Origin: a virus
IMG/VR virus record: IMGVR_UViG_3300032293_001294
Location: 1-64,000 of that record
Direction: 5' to 3' (one strand)
DNA length: 64,000 nucleotides
Shown here one piece after another: positions 18,951 through 27,427 of this stretch. The translations under genes were made by a program, and so were the position numbers. Under the pieces are notes generated by a model, which was given only the letters and a program-made list of their open reading frames with translations, made no database searches and was not told where the DNA came from. Position 1 is the stretch's first letter, and each line of letters begins with the position of its first letter.

Positions 18951-19385
18951 TTATAATCCTGGCTTTTTATTTTCTGGTACGTTAGGTAAAAACTCAGCTT
19001 CTTCTGCAGTTAACGGAGTTTGAATATAAATATATTGGACAGGAGTTGCAAAACTAGGACGATGATCATCACGATACTTAATCGCTGCGTTTAGTTTAGT
19101 TGCATCAGCCATCCCAACATGTACACCATCTTTCATGTACTTGTTGACGATAATACCAGCTTGGGTATAAATAACACGATCAATATAATCTTGAACACGA
19201 CTGTCAGCTAAAAACATTTGCCAGTCATGATACGTTGTGTTTTGTCCAATAACCCCAGCAAGTTCGTGTGGATTAGAAACAAAAAGTTTGTCATACGCCA
19301 TCGGTACGCTTTCTGCAAAGTTCCATAAATTAACTAGATGTAATAACTTAACTTCTGTTTTTGTAAATTGTTCTAATGCAATCAT
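18951..19385 (-). CDS. Candidate terminase small subunit
   Basis: Position immediately upstream of terL and size only. Confidence 0.35.
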   Translation of the reverse strand: MIALEQFTKTEVKLLHLVNLWNFAESVPMAYDKLFVSNPHELAGVIGQNTTYHDWQMFLADSRVQDYIDRVIYTQAGIIVNKYMKDGVHVGMADATKLNAAIKYRDDHRPSFATPVQYIYIQTPLTAEEAEFLPNVPENKKPGL

Positions 19386-19993
19386 AACTTACCTTTCAAG
19401 TGGGGCAGGTTCACAGGTACTCCCCTACGATTTGATTCCAAAATTAAAGGAACCTTTTGTTTATAGTATACACCTTTTGATTCTCCAGTTCGATAGAGTG
19501 TAAATTGTTCGATAGGATAAAATCTTGTAAGATTAATAACTTCTTTACGTGCTTCTGCTAATGTTTGGAAAGACCATTCGTATTTTTTAACACCATGTTC
19601 TCTAATTAAAACAGCACCACTTAAAGTGCCGGCTTTGTAGTTTTCTCCAACAATGCCTTTGAAATTATTAAGACCTTTGTATGTTTCAAGTTCTTCTATG
19701 TTTTTTAAATTTGAAAACACATGTCTAAATGTAGAGCGTAAATAAACAAGTGTATATTTTTTAAATTCATTTATAAGCCAGTTATATCCTAAGGTTGTTA
19801 AATACATATTTTTATCTTTATAGTCTTCAATGTTTGTAATATCAAAAACAAAAGGCAACTTAGCGTATAGTGAATATAGTTTTAACACTACGCCTAAATT
19901 GCCTGGTCGTAAAGGATAATTTCTAAATTTATCAACAGTTAAGATACCAACGGTCATACATTGGTACAAATATTGATATACTAAATAATTCAT
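19382..19993 (-). CDS. Hypothetical protein
   Basis: 203-aa ORF coupled to neighbours. Confidence 0.55.
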   Translation of the reverse strand: MNYLVYQYLYQCMTVGILTVDKFRNYPLRPGNLGVVLKLYSLYAKLPFVFDITNIEDYKDKNMYLTTLGYNWLINEFKKYTLVYLRSTFRHVFSNLKNIEELETYKGLNNFKGIVGENYKAGTLSGAVLIREHGVKKYEWSFQTLAEARKEVINLTRFYPIEQFTLYRTGESKGVYYKQKVPLILESNRRGVPVNLPHLKGKL

Positions 19994-20283
19994 TACATGT
20001 TTAACATTGCTTCGTCTAACGCAGTTTCTTGTGCATCTTCTTCAGCATTGTCTTCTGCAATAGGTTCAATCATTGGTTCTTCTGTTGGCGTTCCACCAGA
20101 AATAGTCATTGTAGTATCATTTAATTGATCTACGGTCATGCCCATAGAATAAACCATATTTAAGACTTCAATAAGTTGCATCTTATCTAACTGGCCTACT
20201 TCTACAGATAACATACCTTGGTCAGCCATTTCTTCATAGCCAACGTTCATACCTTGTAGAGCATTAATAATTTCTTCAAACAT
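19993..20283 (-). CDS. Acidic Met-rich protein (start re-assigned to ATG 20283)
   Basis: AAAGGAGG RBS before MFEEII; similar to N-terminal half of the upstream ORF. Confidence 0.6.
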   Translation of the reverse strand: MFEEIINALQGMNVGYEEMADQGMLSVEVGQLDKMQLIEVLNMVYSMGMTVDQLNDTTMTISGGTPTEEPMIEPIAEDNAEEDAQETALDEAMLNM

Positions 20284-20284
20284 T

Positions 20285-20770
20285 TTATTTACCTCCTTTT
20301 TCAATCATGTTATGTAGGATTGTACGATAGGGTTCTGCCACCATTTCCATATCCTGCATATGGATATCATAGTGACCATTTTTAATTAACTCAGCGTGAT
20401 ACATAAACTTACCGAACGCATCGTCATACTCAGGGATATACTTACGTGCAAACAATTCAATTTCTAATCCTAAGGTTTCATTTGGTTTTGAGTTAGTAGT
20501 TTCTTGTTCAGGATATGGTAGTTCCATTTCCATTTCGATTTCAATCGGAGCTTCCATTTCTACGCCCATCGTTTCAGGATAGACATACAAATATTGTTCA
20601 TCGACAGAGTATTGAACTTGTTTATCTTCAAGGTGATCCATCATTGATAACATTAACATTTGATCAACGTCAGATAAATCAACCACAATTTTTTCTGGCC
20701 ATTGTTCATACATGACGTTCATATCATCTAACATCATCATGAATTCGTTACAGTTACTATCATAGTGCAT
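20285..20770 (-). CDS. Acidic Met-rich protein
   Basis: GAGGAGG RBS; promoter at 20793. Confidence 0.65.
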   Translation of the reverse strand: MHYDSNCNEFMMMLDDMNVMYEQWPEKIVVDLSDVDQMLMLSMMDHLEDKQVQYSVDEQYLYVYPETMGVEMEAPIEIEMEMELPYPEQETTNSKPNETLGLEIELFARKYIPEYDDAFGKFMYHAELIKNGHYDIHMQDMEMVAEPYRTILHNMIEKGGK

Positions 20771-20792
20771 AGATCATCCTCCTCACTTTTTT

Positions 20793-20803
20793 AGTATATC
20801 ACA
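20793..20803 (-). promoter_or_regulatory. Extended -10 promoter TGTGATATACT
   Basis: Identical 11-mer also at 26347. Confidence 0.65.
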
Positions 20804-21152
20804 ACTTTTCTTTAAGCAAATTAAATTCTACATCTACAAGTATACTACCAATACGAATAAACTTTTCACACATATCTTTAACATGTTGTAAATCTTCATC
20901 ATTGTTAACTAAGAAGTAGCGATGTGGATTAGATGCTCGCAGATATTCTTCCCACCATCTTTGAAGTGGTGTAAGGTCGTAATAACTTGTACCTTTAAAC
21001 TCAACGTAGATTGTACCGCCACCTTTAGGTAATTGTAAAAACCTGTCAGGAAAACCTTTAGAAGTCATGACAGGTCCTTTGATAGCGACAATCTGTTTAG
21101 ACTGACACCACTTTACAAAATCAGTTTCAAGTCGTTTCTCTACTGTGCTCAC
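20799..21152 (-). CDS. VRR-NUC nuclease / resolvase
   Basis: EKRLE...KGFPDRF...YVEFKG...LTPLQ (PD-ExK). Confidence 0.85.
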   Translation of the reverse strand: MSTVEKRLETDFVKWCQSKQIVAIKGPVMTSKGFPDRFLQLPKGGGTIYVEFKGTSYYDLTPLQRWWEEYLRASNPHRYFLVNNDEDLQHVKDMCEKFIRIGSILVDVEFNLLKEKL

Positions 21153-21613
21153 TACTCAATGATACCATTTTTTCGAAGTGTATCAATAGTACTTTTGTAC
21201 AAATCACGTTGTTCTTCTAAATGCAAGTTGTCTGTTTTAAGATCTCGGATTTGTTTACTAGCGTTGTTTAGTACAGCAAACATCATCAGGAATAAGTCAC
21301 GTGTGATGACATGTGCGCGTTCACCTGCGCTATTAATAAATTGATTTCCGTAGTTTGCACGAGTACCTTTTTCTACAATACAGTACCGACGCTTGTTACT
21401 GTTGGCGACTGAAGTCTCACACTCCATTAGTTGGAATGTCGTCGCATCAAGGGTAACTTTTTCAGAACCAGGCTTAGAAACTACCATCCCTACGATGGCG
21501 GTTCCAATTGGAGTCTTCGCTTGTTCAGGATTAATTGCAGCGTTATCTAAAGTTGCATTACGCTTTTCTTCAGTTACTTGTTTGATCCTTGCGTTAATAT
21601 CATTAAACGGCAT
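21152..21613 (-). CDS. Hypothetical protein
   Basis: AAGGAG RBS; C-terminal coiled coil. Confidence 0.55.
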   Translation of the reverse strand: MPFNDINARIKQVTEEKRNATLDNAAINPEQAKTPIGTAIVGMVVSKPGSEKVTLDATTFQLMECETSVANSNKRRYCIVEKGTRANYGNQFINSAGERAHVITRDLFLMMFAVLNNASKQIRDLKTDNLHLEEQRDLYKSTIDTLRKNGIIE

Positions 21614-21614
21614 A

Positions 21615-21770
21615 TTAGTTTTTCTCCTTGTTCTTTACATCTTCGATTGATTTTTTAATTTCATACTTTTCGTACTTATCTTGTGTGTCATCAACAAGCT
21701 CTCTTACATAAACTGCTCCAACTACAATGAGCACTAGGAACACACTAAATAAAATTAACGGCCATTGCAT
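21615..21770 (-). CDS. 51-aa membrane peptide (not in ORF track)
   Basis: MQWPLILFSVFLVLIVVGAVYVRE...; TAATG coupling to the upstream gene. Confidence 0.55.
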   Translation of the reverse strand: MQWPLILFSVFLVLIVVGAVYVRELVDDTQDKYEKYEIKKSIEDVKNKEKN

Positions 21771-22096
21771 TACAATTTCTTCCCGTGTTTATATGGACGC
21801 TTGATGTTGTAGTTATGTTTTTCGATGACAGCTTTTTCCATATCGATACCAAAGTATTCGCAAAGATCTAAGACACGGATGATAACATCAGCAAGTTCTG
21901 CAGGGACACCTTCAGGCTTACCATCTTCTTGGTAGTAGGCGTAAGTCGGCGCATAACCTTTACGAATTTCTTCTAAAGCTTCTGACAGTTCGCTGTGTAC
22001 AAGCGCGATTAATTCGGGCATCTCTCTACGTTTTTCCCACCAGCCATGTTCTTTCGCATTGTGGTGAATCATTTCTTGTAATTGTTTAAGGTTCAT
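21770..22096 (-). CDS. MazG-like NTP pyrophosphohydrolase
   Basis: IALVHSELSEALEE...ELADVIIRVLDL...KHNYN..RPYKHGK. Confidence 0.85.
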   Translation of the reverse strand: MNLKQLQEMIHHNAKEHGWWEKRREMPELIALVHSELSEALEEIRKGYAPTYAYYQEDGKPEGVPAELADVIIRVLDLCEYFGIDMEKAVIEKHNYNIKRPYKHGKKL

Positions 22097-22098
22097 AT

Positions 22099-22308
22099 TT
22101 AGTCCTCTTTCTTTTCTACGTAACAGACTTCATAGCCCATTAACGTGTTTTTAGTTTTTACAAACTTGTTGTTAAGCGCAAGTGAGACCATTGGTCTTGA
22201 CACTGCTATGTAAACGGCAACTTCTTCTTGTGTATGGAAGATTTTCCACATATCATCATCTAGCTTACGTACACCGATTAAACCACGACGATGTTGACGC
22301 TTACTCAT
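22099..22308 (-). CDS. Small HTH (NUMOD1-like) protein; start re-assigned to ATG 22308
   Basis: IFHTQEEVA.YIAVSRPMVSLAL...GY; GGAGG RBS. Confidence 0.5.
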   Translation of the reverse strand: MSKRQHRRGLIGVRKLDDDMWKIFHTQEEVAVYIAVSRPMVSLALNNKFVKTKNTLMGYEVCYVEKKED

Positions 22309-22495
22309 TATCAACCTCCACAAGTTGATGTTCTTCGAATGTCCAACCTTCAGGTACAACAGGTAAGCTAACTAAGTAAATGTTGCCATCCAATACTTGC
22401 ACAACTTTACCGATCATACCCATCCCGATATTTTTATGAATATCTTTAAGGTAGATTCTTTTGACTGCGACTTTAGTATTAACTTTAAATGCCAT
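22301..22495 (-). CDS. Small SH3-like hypothetical protein; start re-assigned to ATG 22495
   Basis: AAGGAG RBS; FKVNTKV...GMIGKVVQV...YLV...WTF. Confidence 0.5.
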   Translation of the reverse strand: MAFKVNTKVAVKRIYLKDIHKNIGMGMIGKVVQVLDGNIYLVSLPVVPEGWTFEEHQLVEVDNE

Positions 22496-22496
22496 G

Positions 22497-22808
22497 TTAC
22501 TTCTCCTTGTATTTAGCTTGTAGCTCAATATCATTTGGGTAGTCTCGTTGAAGCTCGCTAAGAATAAACAATAGGTTCTCAATTAAGAGTTCACCTAACT
22601 TAGTGTGTGTCATAACCACTAATTCAAAGTCTCCGCGTTTGAGATTGAAACGTACGCTTTCCTGTACGCTTAGTTTTTCAAACGCATTAACTGTCATGGT
22701 TACCGCAGTCGATACTGCAGCACACACTAAGTTTTGGTTAAACGCGTGATCATTAATAACCACACGTGTGTAACCTTGCTTATTCTTTTCGACGACGCTT
22801 TTGATCAA
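22497..22808 (-). CDS. prp: Prp-family ribosomal-processing cysteine protease (DUF464/YsxB)
   Basis: INDHA...NLVCAAVS (His/Cys dyad), ~100 aa, C-terminal LSELQRDYPNDI; AAGGAG RBS before TTG. Confidence 0.85.
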   Translation of the reverse strand: MIKSVVEKNKQGYTRVVINDHAFNQNLVCAAVSTAVTMTVNAFEKLSVQESVRFNLKRGDFELVVMTHTKLGELLIENLLFILSELQRDYPNDIELQAKYKEK

Positions 22809-22968
22809 GGTCTTTCTCCTTCTTTAATTGTAACTCAACTTCTAGGTACCCAAGTTTATGTTCGAGCTGTTGACGAATCTTTGGGTTTGATTCCATCTTG
22901 ATGGTGATTTTTAAAAACCGAATTGCTGCTTCTGGTGTTTCGAATGTTCTGCCTAATACTTTGATCAT
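22780..22968 (-). CDS. Hypothetical protein
   Basis: AAGGAG RBS, coupled ORF. Confidence 0.5.
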   Translation of the reverse strand: MIKVLGRTFETPEAAIRFLKITIKMESNPKIRQQLEHKLGYLEVELQLKKEKDLDQKRRRKE

Positions 22969-23351
22969 AAGTCTCCTTTTGTTACCGCTGGATACACTCG
23001 GATTAAATCCTTAAGGGTTCCAGGTCGGTTTGCGTAGATACGTTTATGTAACAACTCTTTTGTCAATAGATATGTCGGATTGGTTTCATTGAAGATCACA
23101 TAGTAGTAGAACTCTGTACCATGTCGACATATATACTTATCATAATACAAATATTGACCTGCGATTTGGAAGAATTCTTTTATTGGTAATCGGCCATCGG
23201 TTTCGAACACATTATGTTTGTAGATCTGATAGAGTGTTGTTGCTTTGATTAACACGGCTTTGTCTCGCATCTTGTTTAGCTCTTCGACGTTGTGCTCGAT
23301 CTTGTGGCAATCTGGATTGATGAACTTAATGAAGAAGTCTAAGGTTTTCAT
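22965..23351 (-). CDS. Hypothetical protein
   Basis: GGGG RBS, coupled ORF. Confidence 0.55.
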   Translation of the reverse strand: MKTLDFFIKFINPDCHKIEHNVEELNKMRDKAVLIKATTLYQIYKHNVFETDGRLPIKEFFQIAGQYLYYDKYICRHGTEFYYYVIFNETNPTYLLTKELLHKRIYANRPGTLKDLIRVYPAVTKGDL

Positions 23352-23524
23352 AAGTTACCCCCTATGATTTCTTCAAGGTCTTTCGGGGATACAATTTTTT
23401 CGCCTTGCTTTGTCATTATCACAATTTGATTGTCGACTATCTTAATCTTAAGTCCTATCTCTTGATTGATGTAGGTTCCGTCTGGTCCTTTGACGAAACC
23501 TAAGTTAAGTAATTGAACATGCAT
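23348..23524 (-). CDS. 58-aa hypothetical protein (not in ORF track)
   Basis: Fills the gap exactly with TAATG and ATGA overlaps; MHVQLLNLGFVKGPDG... Confidence 0.6.
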   Translation of the reverse strand: MHVQLLNLGFVKGPDGTYINQEIGLKIKIVDNQIVIMTKQGEKIVSPKDLEEIIGGNL

Positions 23525-25110
23525 TATAGATTAAACTTACTGATTTCATTATCGAAGAAGATCGTACGCTTAACGCCTTGTACATAATAGGACCCGTTCT
23601 TATGTACCACTGTGGCTTTCGCGAGATATGCATCGATGAGATTTTGAAATCCATTCGTTCCTTTATTTCGTATCGGCTTACGTCCATTTGCTTTGCAATA
23701 TTGTTCATACATGCGATACAGTTCACTGCGTAGCATTTCATCTTTGTTATTACCTGTAACCTGTAAGCATTCGCTCCAGTACATCCCGATGATATCAGAG
23801 TCTGCTCGGTATTGATTAAACTTTTGTTCGATGCCTGCTGGTTTCGGTACTTGTTTAAGTTTGATCCCTTTGTGCTTGAAGTAATTTAGATATAACCAAG
23901 CTTGGATTTTAGGATACTCTTGTGCCAGCTTATTAAGAAGGTGGGGGTCTTCTTGCGTAATCTTGAAATCAAATGGAACTAAGATGAGACGTTTGAAAAT
24001 TGGATCTAACGCTGACCAGTCACCGAAGTTAACGAGCGAGTTTGCGATCACAACTGGTGTACCACAAACGTTGACTTCATAGTTACGGCTATACGCTGGT
24101 CTCACGACAGTCATAATTTTATTTCCGAACTCATCACGTCCACCTTCAGTTAAGTCTTTAATATTTTGTGTGGATGCGATCATGCGTTCGTCGACTTCGT
24201 TAAACAGTAATAAGCTTCTACCTTCAGTCGCTGCGAGTGCGTCGTCTTTCTTGAACGAGGATTGTGGTTGTGAGTTTAACAACTCAGAGTTCATACGGAT
24301 CGCATGTGGTCCAAGAATATCTTGTAACACTTTTATGACTGTACTCTTACCGTTACGTCCTGACTCACCAAGAAAATAAATCATCACTTGGTTGTAGTTG
24401 TAAGGACTCATTAAGTATGCTAGCACTTTGTGAAAGTATTCAACTTTGTCTTTATCATTTAGCATGTATTCGCTGATTAGTTTTAACCACAAGGTTGGTT
24501 CTTCGTCTGTCGTGTTGATCGGCACTGGACTGATGTGCATCAAGTGTAAGTCCTGGGTGTCTTTGAAACTAACAGTCTTGAGATTAAAATCTGGTTGGCT
24601 CATGTCAAGTAAGGCTCGCTTTCCATCTACGGTGTTGAAGTATCTGAGTTGCTCCGTCGCATTGATGATGTCTGCGCTCTTATGTATGGTGAATACAATG
24701 GCAGTCTTGATCCGTGCGGCTAAGTTATTCAGTCTACCTGGAACAAAGAACGACTTTGCGTATCGGTAGAAGATACTGTCTTTCGCTGCTTCAGCTTCTT
24801 CGGCTACGACACTAAAGAAATCGGTGAGCATATTTCTTAGTTTCGTTTCATCTTGTTCGAAGCTCCATAGTCCACTCGTGTTGTCATAGAATAACATTTG
24901 TTCTTTGTCTTCGACATACTTGAAGTAAGAACCTAACCATTGGAACGTCTCTTGCGGAATCGGGATCGCACTGTCGCTGGTTAGTTCTGCGACAAACGCT
25001 TTGATCTCTGGCTCCGTCACACCTGTTCTGTCTTGGAACTGAAAAACTTCCTTAACATGTTTTCGCAAGTGCGCTTTGTAACTCGTCAAATAGTTATTAA
25101 AACCGGCCAT
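23524..25110 (-). CDS. D5/P4-family SF3 helicase (no primase domain seen)
   Basis: Walker A GESGRNGKST, Walker B LLLFNE, motif C VVIAN, IFKRLILVPF, C-terminal wHTH (ELYRMYEQYC..NG). Confidence 0.88.
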   Translation of the reverse strand: MAGFNNYLTSYKAHLRKHVKEVFQFQDRTGVTEPEIKAFVAELTSDSAIPIPQETFQWLGSYFKYVEDKEQMLFYDNTSGLWSFEQDETKLRNMLTDFFSVVAEEAEAAKDSIFYRYAKSFFVPGRLNNLAARIKTAIVFTIHKSADIINATEQLRYFNTVDGKRALLDMSQPDFNLKTVSFKDTQDLHLMHISPVPINTTDEEPTLWLKLISEYMLNDKDKVEYFHKVLAYLMSPYNYNQVMIYFLGESGRNGKSTVIKVLQDILGPHAIRMNSELLNSQPQSSFKKDDALAATEGRSLLLFNEVDERMIASTQNIKDLTEGGRDEFGNKIMTVVRPAYSRNYEVNVCGTPVVIANSLVNFGDWSALDPIFKRLILVPFDFKITQEDPHLLNKLAQEYPKIQAWLYLNYFKHKGIKLKQVPKPAGIEQKFNQYRADSDIIGMYWSECLQVTGNNKDEMLRSELYRMYEQYCKANGRKPIRNKGTNGFQNLIDAYLAKATVVHKNGSYYVQGVKRTIFFDNEISKFNL

Positions 25111-25171
25111 GTCTTTCTCTCCTATCTTGGAATTTCTCCGTCACCATCGGAGTTTTTCCTGCTATGATATT

Positions 25172-25200
25172 ATTTTATCATAACGATTTTCATTTGTCAA
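25172..25200 (-). promoter_or_regulatory. Consensus sigma-A promoter of the helicase operon
   Basis: TTGACA-17 nt-TAAAAT with TATG extension. Confidence 0.85.
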
Positions 25201-25236
25201 TACACACGCTGTAAATATTTTGTGTTGCGTGTGTAT
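25200..25236. other. Inverted repeat between tandem promoters
   Basis: ATACACACGC...GCGTGTGTAT abutting the -35; weak terminator or operator. Confidence 0.45.
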
Positions 25237-25248
25237 CTCTAAATACTA

Positions 25249-25380
25249 TTATACCACAGGATCGTATTCGTAGAACCAATTATTTAAATAAGCCGCTACG
25301 GCTTTCATCAGCTTCTTGGTCGAGTAACGTCCAACGAATCTGCATTTGCCAAATTGGTCTTGTTCATACAGGATATACAT
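25249..25380 (-). CDS. 43-aa hypothetical protein (not in ORF track)
   Basis: AGGAGGTG RBS; MYILYEQDQFGKCRFVGRY... Confidence 0.55.
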   Translation of the reverse strand: MYILYEQDQFGKCRFVGRYSTKKLMKAVAAYLNNWFYEYDPVV

Positions 25381-25445
25381 CTGAGTCCACCTCCTACGTA
25401 GGAATGGTAACACGCGATGAATACCCTATGTTGATGAAAGCGGTT

Positions 25446-26111
25446 TTATTTTTTAATGATGTCGGCTTCGTATAGGAAGTCGTCTGTATCTTCCGTCACC
25501 CACGCATGTTCTTGTTCGCAGCTATATTCTTGCGTGTTGATCTTCCATGGTTTACCTTCGTACTTTTTCGTCACGAAGCTCGGCTCATACCATCTTAAGA
25601 TCCGGTTGTTCGGCTGTAGTGCAAACTGTCCTGTCGACAACATGATGAAGTGATGCGACTTATGTTCCTGCGGATCTTCTGACAGTGTCATGTCCATCCC
25701 GTTGTTTTCGTTCGCACCCCACTGGACTGTGTACAAGTAAGTCCCTTCGAGTGTCGTTCGGTTCTTCATCCTGACATCGACACTGGCGTTATACACGTAG
25801 TTGAGTGTGACTAAGGAGAAGACTTTAGAGAAGCAGTCCCATAGTTGTAGCGCATGGAACGGATACGTATCCCAGACAGACTCATCTTCTGGTATCTTCC
25901 AAGCCAGCGCCGAGATCGGCAACTTGTCTCGCATCATCCCATACTCAGTCAAGACTTGGAACAAAGCAGCAGACCCTTCGTTGCATCGGATCGAGATCAA
26001 GATCGCCTTGGTGTACTTACCGCGGTGGATTGGATTCTCAGGATCGTCAAAGAAGAACCCGTCGCGTACGAACACTTTCATCGGTGGCAGACTAGTTTCA
26101 ATGTATGGCAT
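25446..26111 (-). CDS. Conserved phage protein of unknown function
   Basis: KLPISAL, LQLWDCF, SEDPQEHKSHH...GQFALQPNNR pattern recalled from many phage genomes. Confidence 0.65.
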   Translation of the reverse strand: MPYIETSLPPMKVFVRDGFFFDDPENPIHRGKYTKAILISIRCNEGSAALFQVLTEYGMMRDKLPISALAWKIPEDESVWDTYPFHALQLWDCFSKVFSLVTLNYVYNASVDVRMKNRTTLEGTYLYTVQWGANENNGMDMTLSEDPQEHKSHHFIMLSTGQFALQPNNRILRWYEPSFVTKKYEGKPWKINTQEYSCEQEHAWVTEDTDDFLYEADIIKK

Positions 26112-26202
26112 GTTTAACTCCTACAGGTATTGTAACACAGGCAACACAGAAATACACAAGAACCTGCACTGTTCGTGCACCTGCTTCTGTTAGCCCAAGC
26201 GG

Positions 26203-26328
26203 TTATTTCTGCTTGATCTCACACACGCCGTCTTGGCAACCCTCTTCGGCCAGCTTATCCCAGTAGGTCTTATCGAACTTGATCGTGACTTTAGGTTGAC
26301 GCTTTTTAGTCTTTGGTTTCTTAATCAT
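26203..26328 (-). CDS. 41-aa basic peptide with CxxxxC tail (not in ORF track)
   Basis: Promoter 26347, GGAGG RBS; MIKKPKTKKRQ...EGCQDGVCEIKQK. Confidence 0.6.
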   Translation of the reverse strand: MIKKPKTKKRQPKVTIKFDKTYWDKLAEEGCQDGVCEIKQK

Positions 26329-26346
26329 AGGTTTACCTCCAGGTTT

Positions 26347-26357
26347 AGTATATCACA
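26347..26357 (-). promoter_or_regulatory. Extended -10 promoter TGTGATATACT, first of the left arm
   Basis: Directly upstream of the GGAGG RBS. Confidence 0.65.
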
Positions 26358-26457
26358 GCTGATGTCTTTACAGGATCGGCTGTGTTTGGGACTTCACGTC
26401 CTACGAAGTGCTAGCTTTAAGGAGCCATCTTTAAAAACAAGGCGCTTGGTAGTGTAG

Positions 26458-26727
26458 GTAGTATATGTGGGCTCCCCCCTTAGAGTATCCTATGGATAGC
26501 TATATGATATATATATATATAAGGAGATAAGGTACTGGTGGTAAATATTTTATATATACTACATATACTACATATACTACTTCTTACGTCTGGGACGGTT
26601 GGATTCGGTTTGTGGTTATGCTACATGTGTACTACCAATTGGAGAATGGGTCACTAATATATATTTATATATATACCCCCAAATTCAGAAACATCCATTT
26701 AAGAACCACCCCCACCCCCCTACCCCC
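26458..26727. repeat. Origin / terminus-like repeat region
   Basis: ATATACTAC x3 at 26554-26580, inverted copy at 26458-26466, TA runs near 26508 and 26658, C tracts 26676-26727. Confidence 0.6.
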
Positions 26728-26754
26728 TATGTAGGCACCGAAACAATAGGTACA

Positions 26755-26879
26755 ACGTAAAAACGTCATACCGCAAGGTATCACCTCCTCTGCGCGCCAG
26801 AGCATAAACAACCCGTAGGGCACAGTAAACTTTCAGTTTACGATCAGTGCATCACAGATGTTGTTGGCTCTATACGCGT
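26755..26879 (+). ncRNA. Candidate structured RNA or ssDNA hairpin cluster
   Basis: Consecutive or nested stems including ATACC-GCAA-GGTAT; strand inferred from the GNRA loop. Confidence 0.4.
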
Positions 26880-27097
26880 TCTCTCTACCTTGATTCATAA
26901 GTTTCTTCGAGTACCTCTATTTGTAAATGCCACATTCTTTAATATTTTCTTCTTAGATCACATGATTATGCTTATCCCACATACAACAGTAACCTCACCG
27001 GCCCCCTCGTCCCCTCGGGACCCGCTACCTCAACGCTTTGAGGCTCACTGCGTTCGCCCACATTGTTAAATCTAGTACAAAAGAAAGGAGATTGTGT

Positions 27098-27427
27098 ATG
27101 GAAAAACCAACCAATTCTCAAGTAAAGGAATACCTTTACACCGAAATCCCCGGAACAAAACGGGTTGTTGCCGCGTCCGAAGTATTCTACCAAAACGGGT
27201 GGGATAGAGAAGCCGGTGCACCTACCGGACTTTTCGACCGCCAAACTACCTTACTTGGTGAAGTGTTAACCCCCGTGGTTGCCGCTTTTATCAAGGACGC
27301 TAATGGTAATTTAGTGGCGAACCCAAAAGTGGGACAACCCGTTAATTCTACCACCCCCGACGCTTACTTGGGCGTCCAACTCAAACGCGAGTTGAACCCT
27401 AAGTTTGTGAAAGCAAGCGACCGGTAG
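27098..27427 (+). CDS. First gene of the early arm, hypothetical; start re-assigned to ATG 27098
   Basis: AAGGAG RBS before MEKPTN; followed by a terminator. Confidence 0.65.
   Translation: MEKPTNSQVKEYLYTEIPGTKRVVAASEVFYQNGWDREAGAPTGLFDRQTTLLGEVLTPVVAAFIKDANGNLVANPKVGQPVNSTTPDAYLGVQLKRELNPKFVKASDR

Noticed and set aside
26972-27244. Minus-strand 90-aa ORF
   Set aside because: Antisense to the better-supported plus-strand gene, which has an RBS and terminator
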